From positions 1,575,696-1,639,695 of the forward strand of contig MU058540.1 in the NCBI GenBank assembly GCA_013265495.1: a stretch of 64,000 bases of DNA, read 5' to 3'. The position numbers were made by a program, and so were the translations under genes. The stretch is from Vicugna vicugna. Taxonomy: Eukaryota. Shown here piece by piece: positions 39,615-53,837 of this stretch (position 1 is the first letter of the stretch; each line of letters begins with the position of its first letter). A model generated the notes under the pieces. That model saw only the letters and a program-made list of their open reading frames with translations. It had not been told where the DNA came from and searched no databases.

Positions 39615-41209
39615 CTTTAAGAGGTAAGTCTCAGGTGTGTTTCCTCCAGTTGTGAACAGACTATGCAATGGAGCACCCAGTTGTGAACACACAAGAACTA
39701 TGTGGGAATGCAGAACACTAGTAACGGAATAAAATGTGATGCGTGTTTTTTCTGACACGTTTAATATGGCTGTGATAATTATTGTGCTAGTGGTAATTAG
39801 GGAAATGAAAAGCAGTTCATATAAATGGCTATAATGAGAATTACCCAGGCAAATCAAGTCTTTATCATTTTTTTCCCTTAGTAACTTTCTAGTATCTGAA
39901 AGTGGCCACACTGTTAGCAATTTCCTTCCTTAAAAAGATATGCATCCTCATTCGTGGTTGAAATTTGGCTCCAATTTCCCCATTGCTGGGGTTCCCTGTG
40001 ACCATCTGTCTTGGGTTTTGTTTCCCCCAAAGCAGTATCTGTATGCAAATAGAGGATCCCAGGAAGCAGTGGTAGGGAAGTGAGATGGTTTGTTATCAAG
40101 GGATCACCACTCTGGGCCTGGGCAAGACCTACCAGGGAACACTGGGAGGTAGCTTCAAAGTTCTCCCAACTAGGGGTGGAGGGAGCCAGTCAGTCTGAGT
40201 GAGAGCCGCTCCCTGGCGGGAGGAGGGGCAGGACATTGACTCCTGGGCACTTCCAGTCCACCTAGGGTACAGGCCCAGGGGCTCTGGTGGCCAGAAAGAC
40301 TCCGCAGAGAGTAGCAGGTGTTTGCAATTGGAAACTGTCGGATTGGTGAGCTGAAGGAGCATAGGCAGGTGCCTGCAGCGTGGGCGGCCCTGCCCGGTCA
40401 GTGGCCCCAGGCTGAGGCCTCCCAGGCTTTCTTGGATGTACTTGCCACCCCCGGCCCTGACCTGGGAGTCTTTGAGGAGCACCCCACCCCATCCCTCTTG
40501 GCACATATCAGGACAGACCTGCTCCTGGGGTCCCGGTGCTGGAGGGGATGTGGCAGGCAAGTACCCAGGGCTCTGAAAGTAGCTGCCACGGGTGGAGGCT
40601 GGCTGAAAGGAGAGGACACTATAAGACTAGACTCTGGATCTCAGAGCTGAGCCAGAGAGAGGGGAAAACCTGCGAGTGGAAGTGGCTGATACTGAGTCTC
40701 TCTGCTCTGGTGGCAGAGAAGAGGAAAAGCAGAGGGTTCTGGGCACTGGAGAGAAGAGTAGAAGGCAGAGGAGAAACTGTCGGCAACCCCTGCATGCCCT
40801 GCCCCCCTCCCAGCCTCAGCATCACTCTCTTCCTGTCCCACTTTTGTGTTCTAGTCCCTCCTGCCTGCAGAGAACTGTCAGAAGCCAGCCAGGCTGGGAA
40901 GAAAGCGAGCTGGATGCCAGGCCTCCCTTCGGGTGGGTCTGTTGGCATAGTGTTTGCTTGCCAGGCTGGTGAGGATGGAGGATCCTGAATTTTGCATTCT
41001 TACTGAGATAGTCCTCAACACAATTTTGACTGGTCCGCAATATAGGGAGAAAGTTAGGGACAATGAGGAGTATCATGGTGGTGCTGAGGGTATGTTGTTG
41101 CCAACTGCCTTTATTCTAATTATGTCCATCTCTTTTTGTACTTTAGTTGTCCTTTTAGCAAATGAAGGGGATGGTTTTCATATTAACTTAAAATGTTCTT
41201 CTTTATTCA

Positions 41210-41530
41210 TATTTTTGTTTGAAATAATTATAGATTCACAGGGAGTTGCAGAAATAGTACAGAGAGTTCCTTTATTTGGTACCCATCACCCCATTTCTGC
41301 CAACAGTGTAATGTGTTACATAACTCTCGTACAATATCAGAACCAGGAAGTTGACATTGGTATGATCCACAAACCCTGTTCACATTTCACCAGTTGTGTG
41401 TGTGTGTGTGTGTGTGAGTGAGGGGGTGGTTCTGTGCAGTTTTGTTATGTGTAGGTTTGTCTAACCATCACCATAATTAAGATGCAGAATTATTCTGTCA
41501 TCACAAAGATCTCCTTCATACTTCCATCAT
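41210..41530 (-). mobile_element. L1 (L1MC/MD-like) 3' end fragment containing a (TG)n tract at ~41395-41416
   Basis: ttgaaataattatagattcacagggagttgcagaaatagtacagagag...caatatcagaaccaggaagttgacattgg matches the recalled L1MC/MD 3' end. Confidence 0.7.
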
Positions 41531-44039
41531 GTTAATTTTTAAAGTTCTAATTTGCCATGATGAAAGACAACCTTATAACATTCCCATTATCCCAGTTAGG
41601 GGGGAAACTGGCCCCCACATTTGCTAAGTTTAGGGACCACCGCCCTGAGTCCCCCTGTTGAAGTGGGAAAGTGCAGCGTACCCTCACCAATAGCCGCTCG
41701 GTATTCTGCCACTTCCCTGGCAGCAAGGTCAGTGGGGTGTCTCGGCAGAGAGGCAAGAAGCAAGGTTTAGCCCTTCTATTGCCTCTCTCGTTGCCTTGAT
41801 TAAGTTTTTTAATGACTCTGAGCCTCACTTTCCCCACCTGCAAAACAGGGAGATTCATCTGGATCATCGAGGTCCCTACTGGCTGAATCTGTGGCTTCCT
41901 GCCTCACGTGGCCTCACCTCCCTGTCATCCGTTTCCATCGACACAGCAGTGAGAGCCCAGGGCTGAGTTTGTTGATCCCTGAACCAGCTGTACTTACTTG
42001 TTCTCACTTCTGGGAGCAAAGTATGAAGAGAAAAAAAGGAGGTTAGAGGTTTCGTACTTCACAGTTTTGACTAAAGCCATCCTGTTTATTTTCAGCTGTG
42101 TGGGAGCGTATTTGAGATTTGGTTCCTATACCTCAACTAAGAATGGAGCTGAGAAGCCGAACCCAGGACCCCTGACCTTTGCCAGGGATTCCTGGGGGTG
42201 CCAGCAAGCTTCCCCTCACCCTTTCTCCTCTCTCATAGACATCAGGCATTGGCACACCGTTTAGGCTGCCTTCCCCACTCTGTCTCCTCCCTCTCTCCTC
42301 TTATCCCCCAGTTCCGCTGTACCTGAAATAAGCACACAGTCCCCTTTTAAATTGTTACTGCTTATCAAACAAAACAAAACTGGAAACTGAGAGGCTGGCA
42401 GAAATAGCCAACAATAGAGATGTTATGAAGTTATGAGAAATATGAAAAGTAATAGTGGTCCTGGGTCTTACTCAGACACGAATAAACCCAGTCTTTCCTT
42501 GGCTCCTCTGACCGACCTTTCCCTCTTGATTTGTCTTAAGGCTGTAGCTCCCACCCCTTTTCCAAAGGGTCCTCCCTCCTAGGCATACACACAGTCCCTG
42601 GAGAAGAGTTCTTGGTAGTGATACATGCTTGCGGAGCAGTTGGGACTGGCGGGTCATGGTTGCTCTGGAATCTTGGTTCAGGCCAAGGCTAGAGATGGTC
42701 TTTGCAGGGTGGGTAGCCCAGGGATCTCCCAATGCCAGGTTCTCACAGTGTGGTGGGGGCAGCATGGCCATCTTTTCTGCCTTCCCTCTCCCTGTGGCCA
42801 GCTTTTCCAAGGATTCTTCCTAAGAAAGTACACAGACTGTAATTGCAACTTGCCAGACTGCCTTGCCAACGGGCCCAAGAGTGCAGGTCCCCAGGGCTTT
42901 CCCAGGGCAGGCAGTCCTCAATGAGACTGTTTTGAAAAGATTGTGTTCTGTCTGATTATCCAGTTGGTTGTGTACTTTAATGTGAAGCATAGCTCACACT
43001 GTTTCATGCTGCTGCCCGTATAGGGAAGGAGTTTTCTCAGGAATCCCAGGAGGCACGTGGTCTTGCCCTGCCTGCCCGCTGAGAAACAAGGGCTTGTTGC
43101 TCTCCCTTTACCTCCCCAGTGCCATGACTTCTGGGACGTTCCTCTGGCCTCCTATTTGCTCACCAGCCAAAGGGAACCCCTGTCCCTGAGGTCTGGTCCC
43201 AGCCTAATGAGTTATATCAGGGACATCAAGTTGTGCTCCTGTCCACTATGCCAAAAAAGAGAGAGAGGAACCTATGTTCTGAGAAATACTGACATAGATG
43301 GTAAACTCTAAAGACAAGCAAGAGGGTGATAGCATTCAGTCTGGGAGGCTGGTGGCCTCAGAGGAACAGAGAAGGAAGGCATGATCCAGGAAAGGCTGTG
43401 TTGGAGCTTCAGTGTACGAGTCATGTGCTATTTCCTGAACCAGACTGTGAGCATGTGGATGGGTCATTTATTATTGTTGAATCACAATGTTATAAAATAT
43501 ACTCTTTGGAATTTAAGAAATATTTCATTTTTTTAAAGAGGAAAGGACACGGTTCTTGTGGTTGAGGTCAGCATGGGGCTGATATACAAGAGGATGTTGG
43601 CAGGAACTTAGCAGTGACGCAGTGAGGATGTGGTTGGAGGAATTTTAGGAGGAAAGATGCCATACATCTGCTGGGAAAGTCATCAGTTTCTCCCTTTCAT
43701 TTCCTCTTTGGGAAAAATCTCAGATCCAAGAAAGATGTATGTCCTAAACAAATCCCTCCCTAAGAAGGTGTTATCACTTTAAAAGCTCTGTGTGTGTTTT
43801 TCCGCTGGGTATTGACTAAGCCTGCCCAGTGCTCAGTACTTGCTAGGAGCACCAGTGGGAAATACAAAAGAGGCTGAAGAGACGTGGTTTGCTTCTGTCA
43901 CAGGACTAGGATCCATCCTCAGATCATACTTACATGAGCATGTTGTGTTAGTACAGTCCAGCCAGGCTGCCTCTGCCATAAATATCCTCAAACAGAAACC
44001 TTAGATGTGGTCAGTCCAAAAGGGTGCTGGCAGGGCACC

Positions 44040-44230
44040 AGTGCTTATTGAACGCCTACTGTGTGCCCACCACGCTACCTCTGTCAACAGGTTTAATCCC
44101 CATACTGTACCATGAAGCAGGCGATATCATCCCTGTTTACAGACAAGGTTCAGGTAGGTTAATATATTTTGCCAAAGTTATAAACCAAAGATAAAGCCCT
44201 GTTTTTGTTCTGACTCTGAATATTTTTCTG
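44040..44230 (-). mobile_element. MIR SINE
   Basis: ttattgaacgcctactgtgtgcc...atcatccctgtttacagacaagg...aggttaatatattttgccaaagtta. Confidence 0.6.
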
Positions 44231-46934
44231 TATTAGACCACACACGGCATGGAAGAACACAGGTGACGAACTGGACTTGGAAGGAATTACAGGGTGAGGA
44301 TTTGAGGGCCACAGAGGAGGCAGAAGCCTGCCAGGCTCAGCATGGCATCTTGGGAACAGCAGGAATGGGGGTTGGTAGGGACGTGGGATAAGCAGTAGGC
44401 CCACACCAGGCTTCCAACCAGGGTCAGGCATCTCAAGTTCTCTGTGGTCTGTATCCCTGAGCTCTTTTTCCATCAAGAAGATAATGAGCCTCCATGCATC
44501 TGTCACTCCCGTGGAGTATTTCCACGTACCTTATCTTCCACGATTATACGTGGGGGATATAAGGATGCCATTTCCATAATTTTTGTACTCCCTGATGGGA
44601 CTGGGGGCAGGGCACACTCTAGCTCCTAGCTCAGGCTTTTTGTTTAGGATGATCTTGGATGCCCTTGAGCTTCAGAACTTGGAGAATTCCAGTTGCTTTT
44701 CCTCCCTGCCCCATGGTCTGTCAGGGAGGGTAAGGGGACCATGTGGAGGGGCTAGGTCCTAGATAAAGTGACCTTCGTCTGTGCTCCCAGCTTGAGATCT
44801 GAGTGGGCTGAGGGCAGATTCCAGTTCACCACATGCTTTGCGCTGTTACCCGAAGCTGGAAGTTTGATTTGTGCGAGGTAGCCTGAAGTTGATAGAATCT
44901 AAGAGCCTGTGACTTGTAATGCCTTTGATCTGTAACCAGGAGAGATCGCATAGCCTGGGCTGGTTGGTCCTGGACCATGGCCGTGGTGATCAATGAAGGC
45001 GTAGGGCATTATTCACATGGGAACCACGATGAGGGAGAAGGAAGGGCTGAGAGTGCTGGGGGTCACCAGGGATTGTTTACCAGCCCTTGGTGGAGAGAAG
45101 GAAGCAGCCAGAGAGGGGCTCTGTGTCTGTGGGAGTTTAGACCTACTTGGTAATGAAAAGAGGTTTGAGAATTCGATGTGCACAGCTTGGGACATTGATA
45201 ACAGAGGCAAGAGCTTGTTAGATACCACTGCCAGCTCCTCCCAGCGGCTTTCCACACGGCCAGTTGTGACTGGGGGTTGTTTGGTTAATCACAAAACTTG
45301 GTTGAAGGAGAAAGTCATTTTTAAAAAGAATACAAACATTTTAATTTAACCCCAAACGCACAGGTGTGCAGGCTAGTCTGTGGAGCTAGGGCTTTTTCTT
45401 TCTGTGTGGATCTGCTAATTTGGAGTTCTCTGTCTTTATGACATGAATCACGTCTATAATAAATTTCTAGCTTGAGTTTCTTAAAAGTAAAGCAAAAATT
45501 TAGCCACTTGTGAAGCAGTCTGAGTACAGAATCCTTTTAGAATTTTTTTGCAGTTTATTTCTCCAACAACACTTAATTCAAGAGCACATTTTAAACAATG
45601 ATCCTGCTATTGAGTCTTGTCAAGGCATCTGCTTGGTTGTCACAGAAACAGCTTTTTGAGCTTGTTTCGTCATTTATTTAATGTTTAATTTTGTTTTCAT
45701 CAACAAATATAGCCATCTTAAACAGTTTGGAAATGATCCCAACTGATTCTTGGTTAGCAGAACACTCTGGGTGGAAACAGAAGACCCACGGGTGTGGTGT
45801 GCCTGAGAGAATCCTGCCGGCTGTGAACGTGGGCCTGCGCTGCTGTGGTTTACTGAAGGACGAAGTGGCATGCAGTAGCTAACTGTAGGTCAGTTAAGTG
45901 GAGGTCATTAACAGACCTGCAGCGTAGGTGTTAACCGTGATACAGATGACCACGCTGATTCCACAACCTCCTCCTGTTTTCCCAGCTTTCTCTGAGGTAT
46001 ACAGGGTGGCAGCAGCACCACGGCCCAGCCCTCAGCTCCCCTGCCTGGAAAGGCGAGATCCTGAGTTGAAGCCCTACTCCCTCCCCTCCCTCTCCTCTCT
46101 TTGGTGTCCTTCTGGGTCCCCAGTCTTTGTCTTCGTGTTCTCGCCCAGGAGCTGCTTTGTGGAAAGGCGTCATCTCCCTCACATAAAACGTTTTGTCCTG
46201 AATGGAGAAGCAGCTTCCAGCTGAGTGTCCAGGAAGTGAACTATTGTTCACACAGCATGTTTCAAACATTTTCTGCCAGAAGGAAGCCCTTTCTCTCTGT
46301 TCTGTCCTTTTTTTTTTTTTTAAACAAAGGAACCTGGGTTTTGATGAACTTGTTTTTTAGGTGGAATTCTGTTTATTTTGGAACCAGATGAACGTGAATC
46401 ATAAGTGCAAACCCTTTTTAGGCTCTGTAAACTGAAGTGAGTGCGGGAGTAGGACTGTGTGAACTGTTCGCCTGGCACCTGTGGTTTCACGAGGACAGCA
46501 GATGTTTCTTAGTGTAAAGAAGTGGGTTACAGAGTGAAAACTAAATGACTTTTAGGCTTTACCCTATTTTTTGAAAGACTTAATTTAAGAAGGTACTTTA
46601 GTGCCTCCTGCTGTGGCCCAGAATGTAGCAGGGCCCAAAAATCTCCCAAGAACAGGGGCAGACAGACACTGCCTTTGGAGAAGGAGCAAATCTCACCATC
46701 TGTGCTTTCAGCAGCAAGAATCTTGCCTTTTTACTTTGAAGATGATGTCATTCAGGGAAGCCCATGTCTTTTAGGCAGTGCAGAGCTTGCTCAAACTCAT
46801 GTCATAATAAATTAACTCCTCATTAGAGCTGGGTCTGGAAACCAAATACTGCTCAAAGACTTGTGTATTTTCTCAGATCTCTCTAGCAGCCCAGTGTTGA
46901 TGTCTCCATTTTACCTTTGAAGAAACTGAGGCTT

Positions 46935-47111
46935 CGTTGGGGAAGAGAAATAGTTCAGTAGTAGGACACATGCCAAGGATGCAGGAGATCTGGGTTCAAT
47001 CCCCGTTACCTCCATTTAAAAAAAGTTTTTTTTTAAGAGAGATAATAAAAATTTTTTAAAAACTTGCAGCTCCCTTCCTCCTCCAACCCCACAAAAATAA
47101 AAAATAGAAAA
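46935..47111 (+). mobile_element. Diverged tRNA-derived SINE inserted into a MIR
   Basis: ggggaagagaaatagttcagtagtagga...tctgggttcaatccccgttacctcca with an A-rich tail. 12-bp TSD aaactgaggctt at 46923-46934 and 47112-47123, which is itself a MIR core motif. Confidence 0.8.
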
Positions 47112-48259
47112 AAACTGAGGCTTAAAGAAGAGAGGTCATGTTATTTGTCTGTAGCAATAATCCATTAGTGAGGATTTTCTTTTCATGCTTTATAGAAAGA
47201 AATTGAAAGAGATGTTACATGAGTTGTTCAAAGTTCCACAACAAATTAAGTGGATTTTGAACTCAAGTTTCTTAACTCCAGAGTCCTCATTCTTTCCACC
47301 ACTGTACACTCCCTTCCAGTGTTCTCAATCCCACATATTTGAAATTATACTCTGAGCTTTAGTAGAGTAGAAGCTAGGCCCTAAACCAGCTGGATACCAT
47401 GAGTTAGAAAGAAAATTAATCAGACACTGGTCATATATTTCTAGTCCTGTGACCACAGGCATTTAACTTTTCTGATGTTTGGTTTCCTCTTCTTTAAAGT
47501 GGGAGGAATTACAGTCTCCCCCATACCCTGCAGGCTGGTTGTGAGGATGAACTGAATGGCTTGGTGGGCAGTCAGCTGCTGCTCAGTACAGATTACCCCA
47601 CTGGGAGAACCTAGCTGTGGAACCTGTCAGCCCTGGAGGGCTTCAGTGTTAGCATTGTTGATCCAGAGTACTTTCCAAGGAGAAGGGTACCTTGCTGTGA
47701 GCACCTGTATTCAATTTTCAGGAAGGATGACAAGTAGGAAAGGGATAATTTAATAAGCTCTCAGCACTGTCCGCATACCTTTCCCTTGCAGTATTCTGAC
47801 GGTGGATTTGATCTTACATATTGATTTCGGGCTATGGGGGAATACAGACGTATTCTACTGGCCTGGTATTCTAACGTGCTGCTTATCATCCTAAAGTAAC
47901 TCACTGATGATCAGTGTCTTTTGAGTGTGATTAATACGAGCCAGTTTCCCAGGGCCTGGTCATCCCTGAGAACCCTGATAATTGAGTTTTCAGACCATCA
48001 AGCCTGGGGTTAGCCTGGGTTCCAGAATAGGGAAAGCCACACAACAGAGAAGTGGTGCTGAGAGCCCTTAAGCCTGAAAGCTTTGTGACTCGGAATAATG
48101 GTGAAGTCAGCTTTCCCACATTCCTTTCTCTTTGTTGCCTTTGCCTGCTGGGCATGTCTCTGCTTATTAGCATGTTGAGCAGAGTTCATTGCAAATGATG
48201 AAACTCAAACCAGTGTTGATCTTACAATTTATTATTCTCTAGAAGATTTGATCCTGAAA

Positions 48260-48830
48260 GAGATTTTTGTCCCAGTATTTTACTCTGAAAAATTTCTAAC
48301 ACACAGAAAACTTGAAAGAGACTTGAATAGTGAGTGAAATGGCTATATACTCACCACCTAGAGCCTGGATTCTGCAGTTAGATTGTGCTGTACTTGCTTT
48401 GCCTCATGTCTATCCATCCTTCAGTCTACTTAAAAATCCATGTTGTATTTTGATGCATTTCAGAATAACTCACAGACATTTCATCCCCAAACATTTTATC
48501 GTTTAGTTAGAGTTTAGTATTTGTTTATAGTTTTTTGAGGAGGGGGGTGGTAAAATTTATACAAATGAAATGCATGAATCTTGAGTCTACCATTTCCTGA
48601 GTTTTGATAAATACATACATTTGTGTGACCAAAATTCCTGTCAAGATACAAAATATTACCATCACCCAAGAAAGTTCCCTCATGTCCCTTCCCAGTTAAT
48701 CCTTACCCCTCCCCACCCCCCAGCAACTACTCTTCTGACATTTTTCCAATACTGTAGATTAGTTTTGCCTGTTCTAGAACTTTATATAAATGGAATCAGT
48801 GCAGTATGTGCTCTTTTGTGAAAGGCTTAT
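48260..48830 (-). mobile_element. Old L1 3' fragments
   Basis: aaaatttatacaaatgaaatgcatgaatctt...ccatcacccaagaaagttccctcatgtccctt...ttttgcctgttctagaactttatataaatggaatc. Confidence 0.7.
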
Positions 48831-48868
48831 TTGAATAATTTTAACTAGTGCTTTAAAATGAATGTTGG

Positions 48869-49005
48869 TGGGGGGAGGGTATAGCTCCGTGGTAGAGTGC
48901 ATGCCTAGCATGCACGAGGTCCTGGGTTCAATTCCCAGTACCTCTGTTTTATCAATCAATCTAATTACCTATCCCCATTAAAAATTTTTTAAAAATAAAA
49001 TAAAA
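48869..49005 (+). mobile_element. tRNA-Ala-derived SINE (vic-1-like), well preserved
   Basis: ggggagggtatagctccgtggtagagtgcatgcctagcatgcacgaggtcctgggttcaattcccagtacctc with a (taaaa)n tail. Perfect 15-bp TSD taaaatgaatgttgg at 48854-48868 and 49006-49020. Confidence 0.92.
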
Positions 49006-52000
49006 TAAAATGAATGTTGGGCACTCTGTCAACTTCATCTATCCAGTGTTTTCCCATTCCACAAGTTCAGAGATACTTAACAGTGGCAAACTCCAGGACA
49101 TCCCAGGGTATCTGATGGATACCTGTAGTGTATTTGTATTGTCTATATAATTATTTTTTTTAACATCTTAAGTATATACAGTTTGGTGCTCAAAATTCCA
49201 CATCTGACTCCCCTGATGTAACAAGGCAGGTGTTCCCCGGCAGAATCTGAGTTGCTGATGGATGTAGGACCATTTCTTTCCCTGGTTGCACTGCTGAGGA
49301 AATCAATTCTACATAGGCCCTTAGGGTGTTTTCTTTGGGCTAATTTAATCTGTAGTCAGATTGACCAGTACAGTGCGCTGTAATGAAGCCAAACAAGAGA
49401 AGGTTACTTGGAGGTTATTACTGGTGAAAGAAAAAAACCAAAGAAGAACCCAGAGGCAGGCAGGGTGCCCAGTGTTTTAGGTAACTGCAGCCTTTTGGAG
49501 TGTGCTTCCTCCTCATTCCTTCCCTCCTCCCCAGAATAAGCCTACTCCTGGATGGAAAGCAGATTGTGTGAATTGGACTAGAACCCAAATACATAATCCT
49601 CATTAATCTTTTAAATTCTTGTCCCACTTATTAAAGCCAGTCCTTGGCACATAACCCAGAGTTATGTGGCAGCAATGATAAAGTTAATTGGAATCTAGGT
49701 CTCCCAGCTTTTTTCCTCTTTCAGCACTTTCTTGGGGGCTCTGAGTTAGAGCCCCTGTATAGTAGGCTGCTCCAGCCTGAGATGGTCAGCAAGTCTTGTT
49801 TATGTGTAGGGCTCCCCTCCTGCCAAGTGGCAGGTCTGGGGCATGAATGCCAGGTCAGGGAAAGGGCTGGCTGGCTAGTAGCAGCTACCCAGGAGGTATG
49901 GGAAAGATAAAAATGAAGAGGGAGAAGGAGCAGTAGAGACTTAGCCTACAGAGGCACGGGCTTCCCTTCGCCCGTCTAACCTAGGACAAGCACACTGTGG
50001 GCTTTCATTGAGCCTGTGCCCGTGACCAAAGGACAGAGACTTCTGAAACCAAGGAGCTCTGTGGTCTCTCAGCCTCATAGGACAAGGGGGATTGAGAATG
50101 AAGGTGACAGTGTAACAGGAATTCAGACGGGGATAGGACAACAAGTATGGTAACAGAGTGCCCCCTCCCCCGTGATGAGACAAATTGAGCTGGGACTGAT
50201 GCGTGCTCCGTGGAGAAGTTGTTACTCATTGTTAGCGGGGCTGCCATGTCTGCCTCCGGAGAGGCAGCCCTGAGCCTGCTGGCAGATATTTATTCATTCC
50301 CTGCCGGTCTCTCCCCTCCCCCACCCTGCCCCGCCTCCTTCCCCTGAAAGCAGTTGACAAGGTTAGAAAATCAGGACAAACAATTTACTTCAATCCATCT
50401 TTGTTTCTCCTGAGGCCTCATGCAACTCAGTCCGGGGTGGGGAGAGGGAGAAAAATAACTCAGACCCCAGTCGATGACCCTTTTTCAAATGTGGAATCAA
50501 AGCCCACTCTAGGCTGAGGAGAGCCTGTCTGCTGCTGAGAGGCAGAACGCAGCGATGGTGATGAATTCTTATATGGTCAGGGGTCTTCAGGCTCCTTGCA
50601 CAGCGGCAGAGCCGACTCTGACGTCAGCAGTCACCTGACGGCATGGGCTCGCTACCTCTGGGGAGGCTGAGGAGGTGAAGGCTTGGGTCCCCAGCCCTGT
50701 GCTCCTGGGAACGCAGTGCGCTGTCCCAGCAAGGCCATCTGGCCAGAGGAGGGGGCTGCCACCTTGTCCCCCCACAGCAGGAAGGAAGCTTGAGCTCTCC
50801 AGGGCAGGCTGGCCCGATGGCACGCACCGGGCGGCAGACCTGGGCCTTCGGCAGGGTTGGGCGTCTATCTATGGAGTAGAGCTTCAGTTTCCTGAAAAAT
50901 GGGATAACATGTTTGCTTGGCAGAGTTGAGGCTCTGCAGGATTGTTGAGAGAAAAGGCCAGCTGGTAGCTGGGGGATGTGGGGTTGCTGTTTCAGTAACC
51001 CAGGAAGGGTGGAAAAGAGAAGAATGAGGAGGGAAGGGGAGTCAGAGAATCCAGACCAGGGTCCAGAAATGTTGGCTTACTTCCCTTCTTACTGTATTAG
51101 TGAGGTTACTAGCCTGCCCTGGGCATTTAGCAAATGATCACTTGTCACCAGGCCCCTCCATGTGCCAGCTCTGTGCCAGGCACCACATGGCATCTAAAAA
51201 AAAAATGGTATGAAACAGGGCCCTTGCCGTTACTGGTTCTGTAGCATCTCTGGGACACACCATGAAACAGCTAATTGGGAAGTTACAGTGCAAAGCAGAG
51301 TGTGTTTCCGGGCCAAAAAAGTATTAAGTGTTGGGGGCAGAGAAGGTGAGGTAGACAGTGTCACCAGCCCTGGTGGTACAGGCCTAATGGAACTGGTGTG
51401 TTTTCCAACTGGTGGGAGAGGCCTGGGGAACTGATAGCTCCCCAGGCAGCAGCAGGAGGGTTGGTGGGGAGTGTCGGAGTATCTGATGTCAGGAGCCAAA
51501 TTCAGTTGCTGGTGAATTTCAGAAACATCTCCCTCCATGTTTCCATATGCACCAAAAAGAAGGTAAGAGAAAGGTGATCTCTTTCCCTTCCTCCCCTCCG
51601 TTAGGCCTCAACTTATGATGAGACTGATTCCTGTTATCCTGTCACTTTTGTACATGAGAGTCCCATCGTTCTAACTTGTACCACCTCCTAGGATGGAGGC
51701 TTCCCATAGGCCCTGGGGCCACATTGCACCGAGGCTGTGGTTCTCCTTGGACTGCCTATGCCCAGCACGCTTCCTGGTGCACAGAAGACCCCTCAAAACC
51801 TGGGGAAATATTCTTCCCCCAGGAGCAGCTTCTCCCTCCCTTCACTCCCAGTGTCCATGGAGAAGACTGGTGTAGTCTTAGTTGCTCCTGGTGGCCAGGT
51901 TGTGGTGATGGGGAACAGAGCCTTTCTGTACATAGAACATCACTTCCCATTGCCAGCCTGTGGGCAGCCAGGACCCTGTGTTCTAAACAAGCAGATGTGA

Positions 52001-53158
52001 GAGGCCTCAGCAGTTTGGTTTGGGGTTTGTTTTCAACCATACAGAGAACACATTTTTACAGCCTTGGTAGGGGAAAAGAAAGTCTGAATAGAATAATTCT
52101 GAATACTTGCTGAAAATGGAATATTTCCAAGCATTTTTAAAATAAATGAGTCCATTATGGTGATAACATTCAGGCCTTACTTTACCAAACACCAGTACAA
52201 GTTCTCAGTAGAGTTCATGTGGAGTGCAGGATGGCCACTTCCCATTTCTCTCCAAAAATGTCACGAATCCTAAACAATAGAAAAAGAGGAGAATGTCCTT
52301 CCGTTACATTCCACCTACCTCTACCCTGACACTCCCCTGAGATACAGAATGTTTCTGGGAAAGCAGCCTCATCAGATTGGTTTCTAACTCAAGTCTAAAT
52401 GGTTAAACCACACGAAGTGTGTAGATCAGAATGGTATCTGTCTTCTGTGACCAGTCCTCTTTGTCTAGACTGAACTGATGGGGCGGGGGTGAGGTGGGAG
52501 AGGAGATGCTGCTCCTTCTTGTCTCCACAGCCCAGGCTGAGGTGGGGGGTAGGTGGGGACCAGTCTCTGCCCAGGCAGGCCCTCTTCAGGGCCACTTCCC
52601 CCCAGCCCTGCACGTCCATCAGTGCTGGAAGGGGTCCTGGGTTGCAAGCTGTTCAATAAACTGCTGAGTGCTCAGTTCCTCATAAACTAGAATCTTCTCA
52701 GCTTGACTTAGCTACTGCCATTCACAGAAAATAAAACATACTGTCTAGTTTGGATGACATAGTTCTGAGAGTGTCCACTGGCACTTCCCGGGTGGCCTGC
52801 AGTCTGAAGCACCTGGTGTGCCCACCCAGAGGGCTGGCTGTGGAAACTGGGCTTCTCCTGACCCTTTGTAGTTGGCCTGAGGGTGACCCTGGGGCAAGCA
52901 GGAGGGACTGGAGAAGAGAAGCAGCAGGGTGTCCAGCTCTGCTCACTCTGATCTCAAAAGGCCCAAACAAAATGTCATGAATTGGGCAGTCAGGAGACAC
53001 TGATTGGACAGGAGGGCCGGGGCTTTGGGTGTTAGGTGATTATGATAATGAAATACATTATGTAAGTGACTTGACTTTATTTCAAAAGACACCTTGGAGT
53101 CTCCCTCCATTTCAGCTTTTCCCACCCTGACACTCTCCGTGGCCTTGGGAAAATGGCT

Positions 53159-53189
<31 letters not shown>
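53159..53189. repeat. Poly-T run (~30 nt)
   Basis: Direct read. Confidence 0.9.
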
Positions 53190-53191
<2 letters not shown>

Positions 53192-53837
53192 TTGTCAGTC
53201 CGTCAGTCAGTTGCCTATTTACTATGAGCAGGTCCAGGGGGTGAAATGGCAAATAAGACATGCTTGATTCCATCCCTCCTGGTGCTTATAGTGGTGCTGC
53301 TTCCACTTTACCCCTTTGACCTGGAGGAGGGCTCCAAAGCCATTCCAGGAATAAGAAGGACCCATCCTTCCAAGGAGGAAAAAGTTTCCTCACCTTGAGC
53401 ACCCTGCTTTTCTCGTATAAATGCAGGAAAGGAAAAAGAAGGCACACCTGCTCTTTGCCCAGCTTCAAGGTTTTTATAATCTGAATGGGTAACTGGGGCC
53501 TTGGGTCCTGGCACTGATGTGCCATTTAGTGCCAGGTTGGGCCTTGCAGCCTGGGGGTGGAGAAGCAGCTTATCTGGAAGATAAGAGCTGTCTTCAAATG
53601 TCCCTAAGCCTCTCCTGTGGAAGCAGAGGTGCTCTAGGGGAGCTGGATTGAAGTTAGAAAAAAAGTTTAAATCTGTAAAAAGATAAATGTTATAAATTGG
53701 CACTTTCTGCAAATGGGATAAGCTGACTGGGAGAGCTGGCAAGTGCCCCATCTCTGGAAGTTCTTCAGCAAAATCAGACATGAGGTAGGAGTTGGGATTA
53801 TATGACCTGTGAGGCCCTTGCTGCTAACTCGATTCTG

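Noticed and set aside
48870..48945. tRNA-Ala(AGC) gene (also at 5071 and 53838)
   Set aside because: A-rich tails, target-site duplications and imperfect acceptor stems show these are SINE retrocopies, not tRNA genes.
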